DNA of 64,000 bases, taken from a virus. A model generated the notes under the pieces. It saw nothing but the letters and a program-made list of their open reading frames with translations, was not told where the DNA came from and did no database searches. The stretch spans positions 32,001 through 96,000 of IMG/VR virus record IMGVR_UViG_3300005573_000063; one strand, 5' to 3'. This document shows positions 45,247 through 56,912 of this stretch, in pieces (the stretch's first letter is position 1; every line of letters starts with the position of its first letter). The position numbers and the translations under genes were made by a program.

Positions 45247-45906
45247 ATGACGACTAGAGCAGAAATTCAAGAAATTTTTGAAACTCCTCATCCTATTACT
45301 CAGGTAATAAACGAAAAGATAGATGGAGAAATCTACTCCTATAACAAGTCTTCTCGTTGCTCAATATGTCGAGCCCCTCAAGAGATTCAAACTCTAGTGG
45401 ATCGTTTGCTTGTAGATGGACATTCTTACGCTGAAGTCTCTAGACTTCTCAACCCATTGCAAGATAAAATGAATATTCCTCAACAAGACCGAATTTCTTA
45501 CAGTGCTATTCGTCAACACCAACAACAACATCTTCCCTTTGACAGATTAGCTGCCCGAGAGATTATTGAAAAAAGAGCCAGAGAACGGGGAAAGAAGATT
45601 ATTGAAGGAACCGATAATCTTCTCACATATGCTGCTGTTCTAGAAATGGTTCAACAGATAGGATTTGGAGAAATTGTAGCTAAGGCGCAAATTCCAAACA
45701 TCGACCAAACTCTCAAGGCATCTCAACTTCTTCATGAGTTAGAAACTGTGAGTGAAGAAGATTCCAAGGTGGAAGATGTAATTGTTAAGTTCAATGTAGT
45801 ATTGGAAGCTGTCAAGAAACATGTTACACCTGAAATATGGTCACTAATTGTGCAAGAAATAGAAAATGCTCGTAGTTCTACACCTCAAGGAGAATTGAAT
45901 CCATAA
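45247..45906 (+). CDS. Putative terminase small subunit / zinc-HTH protein
   Basis: CSIC...G.SYAEVSR...IRQHQQQH; lies upstream of the large terminase. Confidence 0.45.
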   Translation: MTTRAEIQEIFETPHPITQVINEKIDGEIYSYNKSSRCSICRAPQEIQTLVDRLLVDGHSYAEVSRLLNPLQDKMNIPQQDRISYSAIRQHQQQHLPFDRLAAREIIEKRARERGKKIIEGTDNLLTYAAVLEMVQQIGFGEIVAKAQIPNIDQTLKASQLLHELETVSEEDSKVEDVIVKFNVVLEAVKKHVTPEIWSLIVQEIENARSSTPQGELNP

Positions 45907-46401
45907 TGACTACCCCCGGCTTTGAAACTGATCCAGAAAAACTTGAAGGGATTCGTCCTGAAGATATTGTGGAGAGCGCTAGAACCTTACCTAGACCTGA
46001 CACAAGTGATAGAGCGGAAGCGTTGGTGAAAGAGGCACTCAAGGATCTAGGTAATGCTCCTAAGACTGAAGATGAGCGCTTTGAGTTAACCGACAATGAG
46101 TTGATGGAAGCTCTGAAAATTTTTGAGGAACTAGGTATTAAATATCAAGATCGTCCTAAGACATTCGCCAATACTCAGTCTTTGCGTAAAGAAGCTATTG
46201 AAAAGTTTGACAAAATTGGTCTTGTCGTAGAAGTAGACACCTTGCGCTCTGAACTTACCGAAGAGCCTCCTATTATCGAGATAGTAGATAGAAAAGGCCC
46301 TATCGACGTAGAAGAATATTTCTGGTCGATTCAGAAGGGTGTTGCAGATGAGGTGTGGGAAGATCGAAGAAAGAGGGCACAAAAGAAACAAAAAGGAATA
46401 A

Positions 46402-48417
46402 ATGCCTAGAGTAACAAAACGCAATGTGGAGACAATTCTCAATGCCAACCTGGATTTGTATACCCAGGCTGTTGATGCATTGACTCCTCAACCTGTCAAA
46501 ATTCCTATTTGTGACTTTGTAGAAAGACCAGACTATCTAGGTCACCGATTGTATCCTCGTCAAAAAGCACTCTTAAAGCTCATATTTCTTGAGATAGAGA
46601 ATATGACGGAGTACGAGAAAGATGTAATCACTGAGTGGGGAACGAATTTTAATCCCTCGGGCTTAGCTTTAGGGATTTCTCCAGATGTTTGGAAAAGAGT
46701 AAACTGGCTTAAAGCCAATGGGTATTCTCACTTTCGAGAAGTAGTCAATATTACAGGGCGTCGTGGAGGAAAGGGTTATCTAGGGGGAGTAATCACTGCG
46801 TACTTAGCTTGGAATCTTCTCAAGTTAGATAGCCCTCAAGATTATTACAATATTGACCCAGACAAAGATATTTACATCTACACCGTAGCTACGAACGTAG
46901 AGCAGGCCACCAAACAGCAATTTGCTGACATTGCAAACGTAATCATTAACTCCCAATGCTTCCATAAGTATCTGGACGAAGGGTCTGGAGAACGAGCATT
47001 ATATTTGCGTACTCCTGCAGATATTCGTAAGATTGCTCAACTTGAGGCTCAAGGAATTCGACTGAACCGCAGAATAGCCTCTGTCCGAATCCAACCTGTA
47101 TCTTCTAATGCATCGTCTAGTCGTGGCGCTGCTGTGTATTCAGTAATCTTTGACGAGATGGCTCACATGCAAGGAGGGCTCAATGGCCCTCGTACTGCGG
47201 AAGAGGTTTACAACGCTATTACGCCTGCACTTGACCAGTTCAAGAAAGATGGGTTTATCTATGTCCCAACTTCGCCATACACCAAAATTGGCAAAGCCTA
47301 TCAGCTCTATGAAAATGCTTTAGAAACCTCAATGGATCAGGCTGTTCCTCTTTATCCCAACATGCTAGCTATTCAGCTAACATCATGGGATCCTTTCAAG
47401 GACTGGGATGAACCTGAAAAGACTGGCCAAGTATTCGAAGATGCTCCTCAGAGGTACGATGAACAAATGAAATTGCTGCAGTCCCGAGATCCACAGACTT
47501 TCTCCGTAGAAAGAATGTCTCAATGGTCTGAGGTAATTAATGCGTACCTTAATCCTAAAATTGTAGATAGGATTTTTGAACCATTTTGGGATGGCACTAG
47601 TATGCGAACTCTTTCCCCTGTTGATCGTGGGCAGATGAGATATACTTATCGTTGTCATATTGACCCATCTCACACTCAAGCTAATTTTGCTGCAGCTATT
47701 GCTCACTGCGAAAAGATTCCTGATGAGACGGGGGAAGAATGGTATCATGTCATAGTGGACTGGAACAAAGTATGGAAGCCTTACCAATTCGAGGATCACC
47801 AAGTAGATTATAATGAAATTGAAAAACACCTTCTGGACACTTTTTTGAATTTCCCTACTCTTCAATTTATAACTTTAGACCAGTATGGATCGTTTGTCAC
47901 TATTCCGCGACTAAAGAAGGTATTGCGTGAGGTAGGACATCAGGCTAGAGTGTCGGAAGAGGTGGCTACAGCCAAATCCAATATGCGTTGTTATGAAAGA
48001 TTTAAGGCAGCTATTGGGATGGGATGGGTGCATGCCTTCCCGGATGAGTTTGGGGAAAATAATACGTGCCTGCTGTCCGATGAATTGAAGTTTCTGCAGT
48101 TGACAAATGGGAAGGTTGATCGCCAACAAATTGGTGGTTTGACAACTAAAGATTTGTCTGATACAGTGGTACATCTAGTAGACCTTCTCCTGGAGGATAA
48201 TTTTAGACGACTAGAGATGCGTCAAAGATTAGGTAGTGCTGAGTTGACAGTAGGGGGTCAAGGAGGCTATCATAGTACCATTACAGGCAAAGATAGTGCA
48301 CGAGAAAAATTAGGAGGGTCGAGGCTCAAGGCTACTGAATTTTACTCTAAAGGGAATCGTAATAATGCCCGTCCCTATTATGGAGGGATGGCAAATCGAA
48401 TAAGTCGAGGTAGATAA
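46402..48417 (+). CDS. Terminase large subunit
   Basis: LYPRQ, GRRGGKG, VIFDEMAH, TSP; nuclease motifs HIDPS, LDQY, KDLSD. Confidence 0.9.
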   Translation: MPRVTKRNVETILNANLDLYTQAVDALTPQPVKIPICDFVERPDYLGHRLYPRQKALLKLIFLEIENMTEYEKDVITEWGTNFNPSGLALGISPDVWKRVNWLKANGYSHFREVVNITGRRGGKGYLGGVITAYLAWNLLKLDSPQDYYNIDPDKDIYIYTVATNVEQATKQQFADIANVIINSQCFHKYLDEGSGERALYLRTPADIRKIAQLEAQGIRLNRRIASVRIQPVSSNASSSRGAAVYSVIFDEMAHMQGGLNGPRTAEEVYNAITPALDQFKKDGFIYVPTSPYTKIGKAYQLYENALETSMDQAVPLYPNMLAIQLTSWDPFKDWDEPEKTGQVFEDAPQRYDEQMKLLQSRDPQTFSVERMSQWSEVINAYLNPKIVDRIFEPFWDGTSMRTLSPVDRGQMRYTYRCHIDPSHTQANFAAAIAHCEKIPDETGEEWYHVIVDWNKVWKPYQFEDHQVDYNEIEKHLLDTFLNFPTLQFITLDQYGSFVTIPRLKKVLREVGHQARVSEEVATAKSNMRCYERFKAAIGMGWVHAFPDEFGENNTCLLSDELKFLQLTNGKVDRQQIGGLTTKDLSDTVVHLVDLLLEDNFRRLEMRQRLGSAELTVGGQGGYHSTITGKDSAREKLGGSRLKATEFYSKGNRNNARPYYGGMANRISRGR

Positions 48418-49055
48418 TTGAATAGTGAGGAACAGCATGCATTTAACGAAGCATGGAGAGATATTGTCAAGTACAATTCTTCCACCAAAACTGCTTCGGT
48501 AGCAGTTGAATTTCTTCTGGAAGAGTTAAAAGCATTATTGGGGCGAACATCGGGAGTTATCACCTCTTTGGAATGGGGTGGGTATCTGGATATTATTACT
48601 CAGTTAAATCAGCTTTTAAAAGAGTTGTCCACAGAAGAAGAAGAAAGGATCCAGAATGAGTCCGCTTATCAACAAATTATCTTTGATTTCTCTGGCAGTT
48701 AAGAGGTTTTTCCAGCCAAAGCGTTCCCACGATACAGTGAAGAGTCTTTTGCAAGCTGGATGGCATTTTTATATTCACTACCATGGCTCGGAAGAGGGAA
48801 GAGTAGCAGTTTGCTTGCAAAAATCCTATCCATGGGATGTGGTGATTTTTCTTCATCATTACTCCTGGTACTGGAAGTATATCCTGTTTCAGGATGGGGC
48901 GTTTGTCATTCAGGACGATGCAAACACGCTAGAAGAATGTCTTGAAAAGATGACTGAATCTATTCATCAGTCCGAAATCTTTCTCCATTCCTCTTAAGTT
49001 TGTAATAATATGTAAAATCAGACCCTCCTAGTCCTATTGACTAGGAGGCTTTGAT

Positions 49056-49799
49056 ATGGCTTTAATAACTGATTTCAAAACTGAATATAGGCGTATTCTT
49101 CATGAGAGAGTAGTAGACGGTAAGCGTTTAGGTCGCCATATCTATATTACCCCAGAAGATATTGCAGCTAATCCAGTTACTCCGGTTCTTCCCGCAAATG
49201 CTCAAGTAAAAGCTCAAGAATGGAATAGGTTTATTCCTATTCTTAACCAAGGCTCACTCGGCAGTTGTACAGCTCAAGCTACTATAGGGCTCTTTGGAAC
49301 CGCTCCCTTTTATGTAGCTGGACGTACTCTTGATGAGGCCGAAACTATTACATTTTATGAATATGAAACTACTATAGATGGATTAGGTGCTCCTTACCCT
49401 CCTGATGACCGGGGTTCTACTGGAGCTGCTGCTCTTCAAACTGCTATTCATTTTGGATACACAACAAGCTATTATTATCCTCTCACTGTGGAAGAAACCT
49501 TCCTTACTCTTAGCAGTTATGGTCCCTGTATATTGGGGATTAACTGGTACGATAGTTTTGACTCTCCCGATTCTAATGGTGTAGTGCAACTTCCTCCTAC
49601 AGCCACTATTCGAGGGGGGCATGAAATAGAATGTCTAGGAATTGATCCTCAGGCAAATCTTCTTAAATGTGCTAATTCTTGGTCCTCAGCATGGGGGCAA
49701 GGAGGGTACTTCTATATACCCTTCTCAGTTTTTGAAACACTTCTTAATCAAGAGGGTACTGTAGGTACTGCAGCTCTTCCTTCTTCCCCCGCTTCATAA
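49056..49799 (+). CDS. Papain-like (C1) cysteine peptidase
   Basis: NQGSLGSC, GGHEI, NSWSSAWGQGGYF. Confidence 0.9.
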   Translation: MALITDFKTEYRRILHERVVDGKRLGRHIYITPEDIAANPVTPVLPANAQVKAQEWNRFIPILNQGSLGSCTAQATIGLFGTAPFYVAGRTLDEAETITFYEYETTIDGLGAPYPPDDRGSTGAAALQTAIHFGYTTSYYYPLTVEETFLTLSSYGPCILGINWYDSFDSPDSNGVVQLPPTATIRGGHEIECLGIDPQANLLKCANSWSSAWGQGGYFYIPFSVFETLLNQEGTVGTAALPSSPAS

Positions 49800-49820
49800 T
49801 TTATGAAAGTAGACTTCTAA

Positions 49821-51125
49821 ATGCCTTCTTATGTTCTTTCTACAGATAATGTATCTGACAATTTCGATATGATGCCTATGACTATGCCTGGAGTGGATCC
49901 TTCTAGTGCTTTAGCTGATCCATCTGCACAGATGAATACTACTACGGACTCTCTTGATCCTTCTCTTCAGAACAATAGTAGCCCTCCTCCCTCTGCTGCA
50001 ACGGCCAATAATCATTGGGGAGTGGATACTTACCGTAAAGTATTGGGAACTAGCTCGGACCTTTACAGTCAGGGTTATTTGGACCGCTCTAATGATGATC
50101 CAATGGATGAGAATATGGCTGTTCTCTCGGATGATTATCTACATGGCTTTGACGAAGCTGGCTTTTATACCGAAAATGCTCAAGAATCTGCCCCTCAGAA
50201 TATTCAGCCTATTAATGAGGATGAGAAGGACTTGAAGAGAAATCCTGTAGCTCGCACGATATTTAGAGGAGGCCATTGGGGATTGAATGAGCCAAATGAT
50301 ATGCTTTCTCCGGACAAGTCTACTCAGGAAGCTGATCCTTCCGAATACGATCCTAATACTGAAGGAGATCCTACATTGCGTAAGTCTATGCCCCCAAGTT
50401 ATGAAGATTCAGGAGTGGGATTTGTCAGCGCATCTGTAAGAAATGCTCAAGAAGTTCTTTCTGATAATACTTGGTTCAAGGGGGATTCTCAGTCTATCTC
50501 GAACCGTCTGGACACTCTAGAGAAGTGTATCAAAGAAGTAAGACGCACTGCTTCTCATGTCGGTCTAGATGAAAGAGAATTGGCGACACTAGGAACCATA
50601 GCCTCTCACTTGGAATTAGAAAAGAATGATCTGACAAAGGTAGCTTCTGAATATGTTGATTTCTCTATGCAGGAATATTACCAGTCGTTGCCGGGAGGAG
50701 TTGTAGCCCAGAACTACGCTTCTCTCACTGCTAATTCGGAATTAGGGGAAGACGATGGAACATTCCTTTATCGAGAAGCTAAAAAAGTAGTAGATGAAGT
50801 TCAAAATATGAATTGGGATGCCTACGTTACACTAGGTGCTCGTCTCTGGGTACTAGACCAGGATGAGAAACTGCTTCAATCTAAAGAGGCTACCAAAGAT
50901 GCTGCTCTTTATCATGTTTTCCAAGACTCTCTTCCCATTAGAGAAGCTTCTGTGAGGGAAAAGGTAATAGAGGGATTTGTTGAGAACGTTGAAAAAGAAC
51001 GTGCTCAACTATCTGCTGCTAATAGAACTCGTAAAAATGCTACTAAGACTGCAGCCGTAGCTCACAAGGAATCCATTACTCAAGATATGGAAGATTATTT
51101 TGGTCCTACTACTTTGTGGGTATAA
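49821..51125 (+). CDS. Hypothetical protein, probably head-associated
   Basis: Acidic, several [KR]-x-A motifs; follows the terminase. Confidence 0.5.
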   Translation: MPSYVLSTDNVSDNFDMMPMTMPGVDPSSALADPSAQMNTTTDSLDPSLQNNSSPPPSAATANNHWGVDTYRKVLGTSSDLYSQGYLDRSNDDPMDENMAVLSDDYLHGFDEAGFYTENAQESAPQNIQPINEDEKDLKRNPVARTIFRGGHWGLNEPNDMLSPDKSTQEADPSEYDPNTEGDPTLRKSMPPSYEDSGVGFVSASVRNAQEVLSDNTWFKGDSQSISNRLDTLEKCIKEVRRTASHVGLDERELATLGTIASHLELEKNDLTKVASEYVDFSMQEYYQSLPGGVVAQNYASLTANSELGEDDGTFLYREAKKVVDEVQNMNWDAYVTLGARLWVLDQDEKLLQSKEATKDAALYHVFQDSLPIREASVREKVIEGFVENVEKERAQLSAANRTRKNATKTAAVAHKESITQDMEDYFGPTTLWV

Positions 51126-51590
51126 ATAGCTCAGGTTGCGTTTGTCCCTCACTCATGGTACACTTCCTGATAGGCACTTTACTCCTACAGAAAGGATGCA
51201 ATAAATAATGGATAATCCTCGCATAATTGATTTGCGAAAGTGGACCGAAAAGGGGACCCATATGTGGCAGTTGGAGTATGACTGTCCCGTATGTCCTCGT
51301 TCTTTTCATGCTGAAGTGTATATTGGTATGTACGCAGCCGGTATGGAAGAAGTTCCTCTATTTGGAGAGCTTTCTTCAGGGCTTTTTCTGATTCGTCAAG
51401 CTACTGCATTTATTGCATATCCTCCAGATGCAGACGGGGAAGATGCAATTTCTCAAACCAAAAGTGTGGTTTCTCAAAACCTCGGTCAACTTATCTTTTC
51501 TCATCTTGTTGAAGAGCCTGAGGTCCATGCCTCGTTCTTCCCTCCTGGCTCTTCTCATGGGCACAATCATTCTTAGCAAAGGTTTTAAGT

Positions 51591-52793
51591 ATGCGTACTT
51601 TCACTCGGCGTCCTCGTACGGCAAAGAAAACTGTATTCGATGTTGTAATTAATGAATCCCTGTTGCCCGATCAACGAGCAGCAGTCATTCAGTCATTAGA
51701 GCGTCTTTTTGCTGGGTACTTACCAGAAGTCGAGGTAGAATACACTAAGAATAAAGTTACAGTTTCTTTGACGGAAGACGGTGAATTTACTCGTCTTACT
51801 CCCAAAGATGTCTACAATAAGCTCCAATGGAACCGAAATACAGATGTCGTAAAAGAGGGAGCTACAGCATATGAGCCTGCGTGCTTAAATTGTGGAAGCT
51901 TTGAAGTAAAGTCTACCTCTAAGAACCGATTTAAGTGTAACTCATGTGGCTTTGGTTGGGAGAACCCTGGTTTTTGGGAAGTAGAAGAATTCTCTCCTAG
52001 TGATGAGGTAAAAACTGCGGGTGTTGCTGATGATTTTGATGGGGATATGGATGCGTTTTATAGAGCCCATGATCCTCATGATACAGCGGTGCAAGATGAT
52101 GATGAAGGAGATGACGATGATCCTGAAAGTGAATATCTTCGTCAGAAACAATCTTCTCGTTCTCCCTTAATGTGTCAAGTATGTAAATTCGGGAGATTGA
52201 CAGTTCATATCGCCGCAACAAATAGAGTTGCCTGCGATACATGTGGGTGTCAAGAAGATATAGATGAAGATGATTCTCATCTCCTTAATAAAGATTTCGA
52301 AAGTGATGACCGTGAGAAGTGTCCTTCTTGTGGTTCTTCCCATATTGAATATGACGATGAAGATGCTGCATCTCATTGTGGAGAGTGTGGAATTGTAACG
52401 GGAGCTTATCAGGACCTAGAGTTTTTTGCTCCTATCCTAGGCTCTCTTGGCCCTCAGCCTACAGGCTTTGCTAATCAAGACCCGGACCCTCAAGGTAATA
52501 GAGAAGGCATCATTGCTCAAGGAGATATCTTGGGAGAAGACCCGTATATGCCCTTCCCTGTGGCTCATCGCTTAGCCAGTGAGCAATGGATGACTGATGA
52601 AGGGGTAGGGGGGTTGATTGGAGAGGGTATGAGTCCTGAATCTGCAAATACTCGGGTAGATGATATTGGCAGTGAGGATCAAAATGATCCTACGGGATGG
52701 AAGAGTCCTGCAGGAGAATACTCTTTACGTGATACTCCACAAGCAGCTGGGGGACAAGAAATTATTCCAGATGTAAGTTCTTGGTATAGCTAG
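51591..52793 (+). CDS. Multi zinc-ribbon acidic protein
   Basis: Three CxxC...CxxC pairs. Confidence 0.6.
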   Translation: MRTFTRRPRTAKKTVFDVVINESLLPDQRAAVIQSLERLFAGYLPEVEVEYTKNKVTVSLTEDGEFTRLTPKDVYNKLQWNRNTDVVKEGATAYEPACLNCGSFEVKSTSKNRFKCNSCGFGWENPGFWEVEEFSPSDEVKTAGVADDFDGDMDAFYRAHDPHDTAVQDDDEGDDDDPESEYLRQKQSSRSPLMCQVCKFGRLTVHIAATNRVACDTCGCQEDIDEDDSHLLNKDFESDDREKCPSCGSSHIEYDDEDAASHCGECGIVTGAYQDLEFFAPILGSLGPQPTGFANQDPDPQGNREGIIAQGDILGEDPYMPFPVAHRLASEQWMTDEGVGGLIGEGMSPESANTRVDDIGSEDQNDPTGWKSPAGEYSLRDTPQAAGGQEIIPDVSSWYS

Positions 52794-52876
52794 GGAATGG
52801 TTTCTTTTTAGAGACGTTATACTAGAGGTACCATCCTAGAGTGATGGGCTGAGATAATGAAAGGTAATGAAATAAT

Positions 52877-53113
52877 ATGGTTAACTTTTTCAAGAAATTG
52901 TGGGATCGTACTGTAGTTGCAACTGGACTTAGTGTAGGTTCTGCAGCTCTTTTCGTTCTGCAGCTTTTTAATATTCCTGCAGTTCAGTTGAGCACTGTTT
53001 CAGGAATGTCAGTTCATGCAGTTGTATTAGCCCTTCTTGGTGCTGTCACTGGTCTATTTGTCCATCACACCTTGAAGAATGCAAGTCCTGCTAAGCCTGC
53101 ACCTAAGGCTTAG
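52877..53113 (+). CDS. Small two-TM protein, holin candidate
   Basis: Two hydrophobic helices and a basic tail. Confidence 0.4.
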   Translation: MVNFFKKLWDRTVVATGLSVGSAALFVLQLFNIPAVQLSTVSGMSVHAVVLALLGAVTGLFVHHTLKNASPAKPAPKA

Positions 53114-53116
53114 CCT

Positions 53117-53707
53117 ATGAGTAAGAAAATTAGTGCGGTAGTCCCTCCATCCACAGTTCGATGGTTCCCCCCTGGTGAGAGTTGTTTAGATACTCAACCA
53201 ACAGATGTAATATTGGTTAAACATCTAACTGGGTCTTTTTTCTCGGTCTTACCAGGGATGGGAATTCGTTTTGGAGAATGGCTGCGTTCTTCTACCAGGC
53301 CAGGAGCATGGTGCGATCACGCAATGGGAGTTATGCAGGGAGGCGCCAATGCTGTGGTTATTCAAGAGACGGCTAAAGGCTCTATTCTTACCAACCTCTC
53401 TGCATTCAAAGAGGATCTTTATTGTGTCATCTCAGTAGATGCTGATCCAGTATTGCGAGCTGAAACCCTTAAGTTCTGGAATTGGACGCTAGGTTCAGGT
53501 TATGGATGGCTTTCTATCCCCGCAGACGGACTAGATGATCTTACTGGCCTACACCTATCTGTAGGTACGTATGGCAGAATGGTATGTTCATCTCAGGTGT
53601 CACGAGGACTTGAAAGAATGGGTCTAATTCCAGATAGAGACTCTACGGCTGTACAGCCAGCAAATTTGGCAATCTATTTTCACGCAATAAATCCTCCTAA
53701 ATACTAA
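53117..53707 (+). CDS. Permuted papain-like NlpC/P60 (YiiX/YebB-like) enzyme
   Basis: DVILVK...WCDHAM...YGW...MVCSSQV (His precedes Cys). Confidence 0.75.
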   Translation: MSKKISAVVPPSTVRWFPPGESCLDTQPTDVILVKHLTGSFFSVLPGMGIRFGEWLRSSTRPGAWCDHAMGVMQGGANAVVIQETAKGSILTNLSAFKEDLYCVISVDADPVLRAETLKFWNWTLGSGYGWLSIPADGLDDLTGLHLSVGTYGRMVCSSQVSRGLERMGLIPDRDSTAVQPANLAIYFHAINPPKY

Positions 53708-54395
53708 GGATCCATATGAAAGCTCATCTAGATCAATTGTATGATTGGATGGATCATTGGATTTTTCGTCCCTATATCTATATAACTGCTCACCCTATTT
53801 TCATTTTCCTGCTGATTATTTTAGGTATTGGATTGGTGGGAGCGTTTGGAATATTTGGGACAACAGTAGGAGAGCTACGCTTTGGTAACTTCACCAATGT
53901 AGTATCTGCAGTCGGAGCGGTAATTCTTCTTTATCGGCAACAGTACAACCATAAAGAAGTGAAGAAGTTGCATGCAGTTAATCATCAAACAATGATGAAG
54001 CATGGGCGTCTTATCCGTAGTCATCTTAGCTCAACACGCAATGAAGTAGATTCACTGAAAAAAGAAATAGATTCTTTGAAAACGAGAGGGAAAAATGGCT
54101 AAAGTACAGATGATTTTTGAATTTAATCCTATTGAAGACAATGAAGAAGAATTAGTCAACCAACTTGAAGATGTTTTTAACCAAACACTTGAACTTCTGA
54201 GAAATGAGAGCCGAGGAGTAAAAGGTACGTGTGAATCTGTGTGAGCAGGTTTGCGTAGGATTTATGGAACGGAAGAAGAAAATCTTATCAGTAATAAATA
54301 ACTCCAAAAAGGATATTAGGTGAAGTATCTTGTTCAGCGTACCTGCGGTGTCCCTATCAAACAGCATGGTACAAAATAGAATGTGAGAAAACTTA

Positions 54396-55214
54396 ATGAC
54401 CATTTCCTCTCTAGACTTTCCTGGCACTGATGTATCTTTTGATACCAAAGTTGCCAGGAAGAGTCTTTTCCTGGCTCAAGTTGAGGTGCAGAAAACTCTC
54501 GGTTCCTTCTTGATGAATGCATCTACTGAAGAAGAATTACTTTCTCGCTTTGCCTATGCTGATGAAGTTCTTACCGATATTGCCTATCGCAAGATGGGGA
54601 GCGTATCGGATTCTAAAGCTAAGCTAGTGCGTGCTCTCCATACACAATGGAAGACTTCTAAATATAAGTACATCCATCAAGATGGAGATCAGTGGGTAAT
54701 TACGCAAAAAGGTACTGGGAAGGTTCTATCTCGTCATCCTTCTAAAGAAAAGGCTGAAGAGGCATTCAGAGCTATGATGGAGAGCAAGTATGGCTCTTCT
54801 GATCCCCTAAAAAAAAAGACTAAAATAGCTGCTGATCCTTCTGGTTTCACTCCTACGCATAGTGTAGATTATCGTGATCCCATATCCAAGAACCTTCCTA
54901 TGGGACCTCCTAAAGGCACCAAGGTAAAGTTAATTGGAGATGTAGGAGACGGAGCGCATGTATATGTTCAGGACGAATCTGGATTACAGCATCAACTAGA
55001 TAATCACTCTCTTCGTCGTCTTCCCAGTAGAGGCGCATCTAAAACTGCTTCATATCCTCATGGAAGTGAGCTTTTTCATCATTTAATAGATGGCGAGCAT
55101 AAGCAGCCCTTAGAGCATCTTGAGTTGATTAGTAGAAGACGCCTTCCTGCCTTTCATAAAAGGGATCATGTCAAGCATGAGTACGAACATTCTCATGAAG
55201 AAGAAGGAATTTAA
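54396..55214 (+). CDS. Multidomain protein ending in the six-His domain
   Basis: Modules separated by KTS, KIAA and KTAS; last module HHLIDGEH...FHKRDH...EHSH. Confidence 0.65.
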   Translation: MTISSLDFPGTDVSFDTKVARKSLFLAQVEVQKTLGSFLMNASTEEELLSRFAYADEVLTDIAYRKMGSVSDSKAKLVRALHTQWKTSKYKYIHQDGDQWVITQKGTGKVLSRHPSKEKAEEAFRAMMESKYGSSDPLKKKTKIAADPSGFTPTHSVDYRDPISKNLPMGPPKGTKVKLIGDVGDGAHVYVQDESGLQHQLDNHSLRRLPSRGASKTASYPHGSELFHHLIDGEHKQPLEHLELISRRRLPAFHKRDHVKHEYEHSHEEEGI

Positions 55215-55800
55215 TGTTAGTAAAAAGAAGAGTTGCCGTAAGAAAGCAAGCTATCATTCAACACCTCGATGCGGGGAAAATTTATCGTGCTCACTTTGGA
55301 TGCAATTGTTTGCGTCGCCATGATCCGTGGACTGCGTATGTACGTGTAGATAAGGTCACCTATAAAGAAGAGCCTAGCGCAGAGCTAACGATTCTTCACT
55401 CAGAAGGTCCCTCCATTAGTGGAGGATTTCGATTCTCCATTAAAGAGAGGAATGACCAATGGACTGCTGGGGTAGATGGGGACCCTGTGCATTTTAGTGC
55501 AGTCCCTCAACCTCGTGATAAAGAGAATCAGAAGGAACAAACCATTGAAGAGAAACTGGGAGGAAGGTTTGCCTACACAGCAGACATGAACTCAGATGCA
55601 GATGAATTCTCCTATAATGGTAATGATGATGCCTCTTCTGGTGATGGAGAAGGAGAGGATCCTGGAATCATCAAAGAGGCTGTAGACCCTATGGATCAAA
55701 CTCAGGTTTCTAATGAGGATGATAATGGAGATGGGGTACCTGTTCGAGCGTTCAGACGTTTTCGTTCCTAATATATTAAAAATATGAGAAGAGATAAAAT

Positions 55801-56763
55801 ATGAACACAGAAATTTGGCGCATAGCTATGCCCCTAAGGGAGCCTTCTCCAGGGCTTCCTTCTTCTCTTTTCCCAGCCCAAGGAACCACCTCTAAGGATG
55901 GATTAAGGGGCTTTGATCTAACCGAGAAGGATTTGCCTGATTCTATTAAGGCCAAGGCACGTCAACATCTAGTTAATCTAGAGGTTACTCCTAGTAAAGC
56001 TAAGCGTAATTTGATGGATCTTCTAGAGAATGCATCTCCGGAGCATCGTAGAGTAGGAGCTAGTTGGTATCAGGATGCTCATGATGAGGGAGAAAGATTT
56101 GCCAGGGCTCATGACATACATCCAGATGTTTATCATGGCATAGTTGCAATGTTGTCTCCTGGCACCGAATGGGGGCATAATGTAAAGACTGCTCAAGATC
56201 TCATTGAAAATGGAGACATTAATAGTGCAGCCTATAAAGGCTATCCTCTTCAACTTGAAAAGGCTAAATACTTACTGGAATCTACCAAGGGGCACCCCAA
56301 TCCTATTGAGGAGGTAGATAAGCAACTTGGAGGAAACAAGGTACGTAGTTTTTTTAATAACCTTGCGGACCCTGTACATAATGGGAATGATGTGACTATT
56401 GATACGCACATGTTACGTGCATTAGCTAATGGATTCACTGAGGATAAAAAAGTAGGAAAGCGCCTAGTCCATATTAAAGAGAAAACTAATCTCAGCTCTA
56501 GTCCTTCTTTTCAAGGAGCCTCATTAGGATTGCATCCTTTTGCAAGTGATGCAGTGCGTTCGGTAACTAAGACATTTAACAAGAGGCATGGCACTAGCTA
56601 CTCTCCTATGCAGGTGCAGGCAATTATTTGGAGTCACCAAAAGGATCTTTATCCTCAATCTCGTCTAAATGAATTAACCAAAGCCTATCGTGGTTCGCTA
56701 GGAACAGGGCGTCGGCCCAATCCTGGTTCACTAGGACCGATGGATCCGGAGGATATCTTCTAA
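55801..56763 (+). CDS. Phage protein with HhH-glycosylase-like motif
   Basis: WY...A.LSP...W..N; KVRSFFNNL; VTIDTHMLR; QVQAIIW. Confidence 0.5.
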   Translation: MNTEIWRIAMPLREPSPGLPSSLFPAQGTTSKDGLRGFDLTEKDLPDSIKAKARQHLVNLEVTPSKAKRNLMDLLENASPEHRRVGASWYQDAHDEGERFARAHDIHPDVYHGIVAMLSPGTEWGHNVKTAQDLIENGDINSAAYKGYPLQLEKAKYLLESTKGHPNPIEEVDKQLGGNKVRSFFNNLADPVHNGNDVTIDTHMLRALANGFTEDKKVGKRLVHIKEKTNLSSSPSFQGASLGLHPFASDAVRSVTKTFNKRHGTSYSPMQVQAIIWSHQKDLYPQSRLNELTKAYRGSLGTGRRPNPGSLGPMDPEDIF

Positions 56764-56912
56764 TGTCACGCTTACATGTATATTATGGAATTAATCCTGA
56801 AGAGGAAGCACAGAAGCCACCCAAAAAGGCACAAAAGCTGAGTGTGTATGCGACTCAAAAAGATTGGACTAAAGCACAATTCTTAAGTCTAAACGAGGAA
56901 GAAGAATAAGTC

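Noticed and set aside
26795-48417. Inteins or introns in NrdJ, DnaB, DnaE, RecA or terminase
   Set aside because: Lengths are ordinary, frames are continuous, and no C...HN-[CST] or LAGLIDADG blocks were seen.
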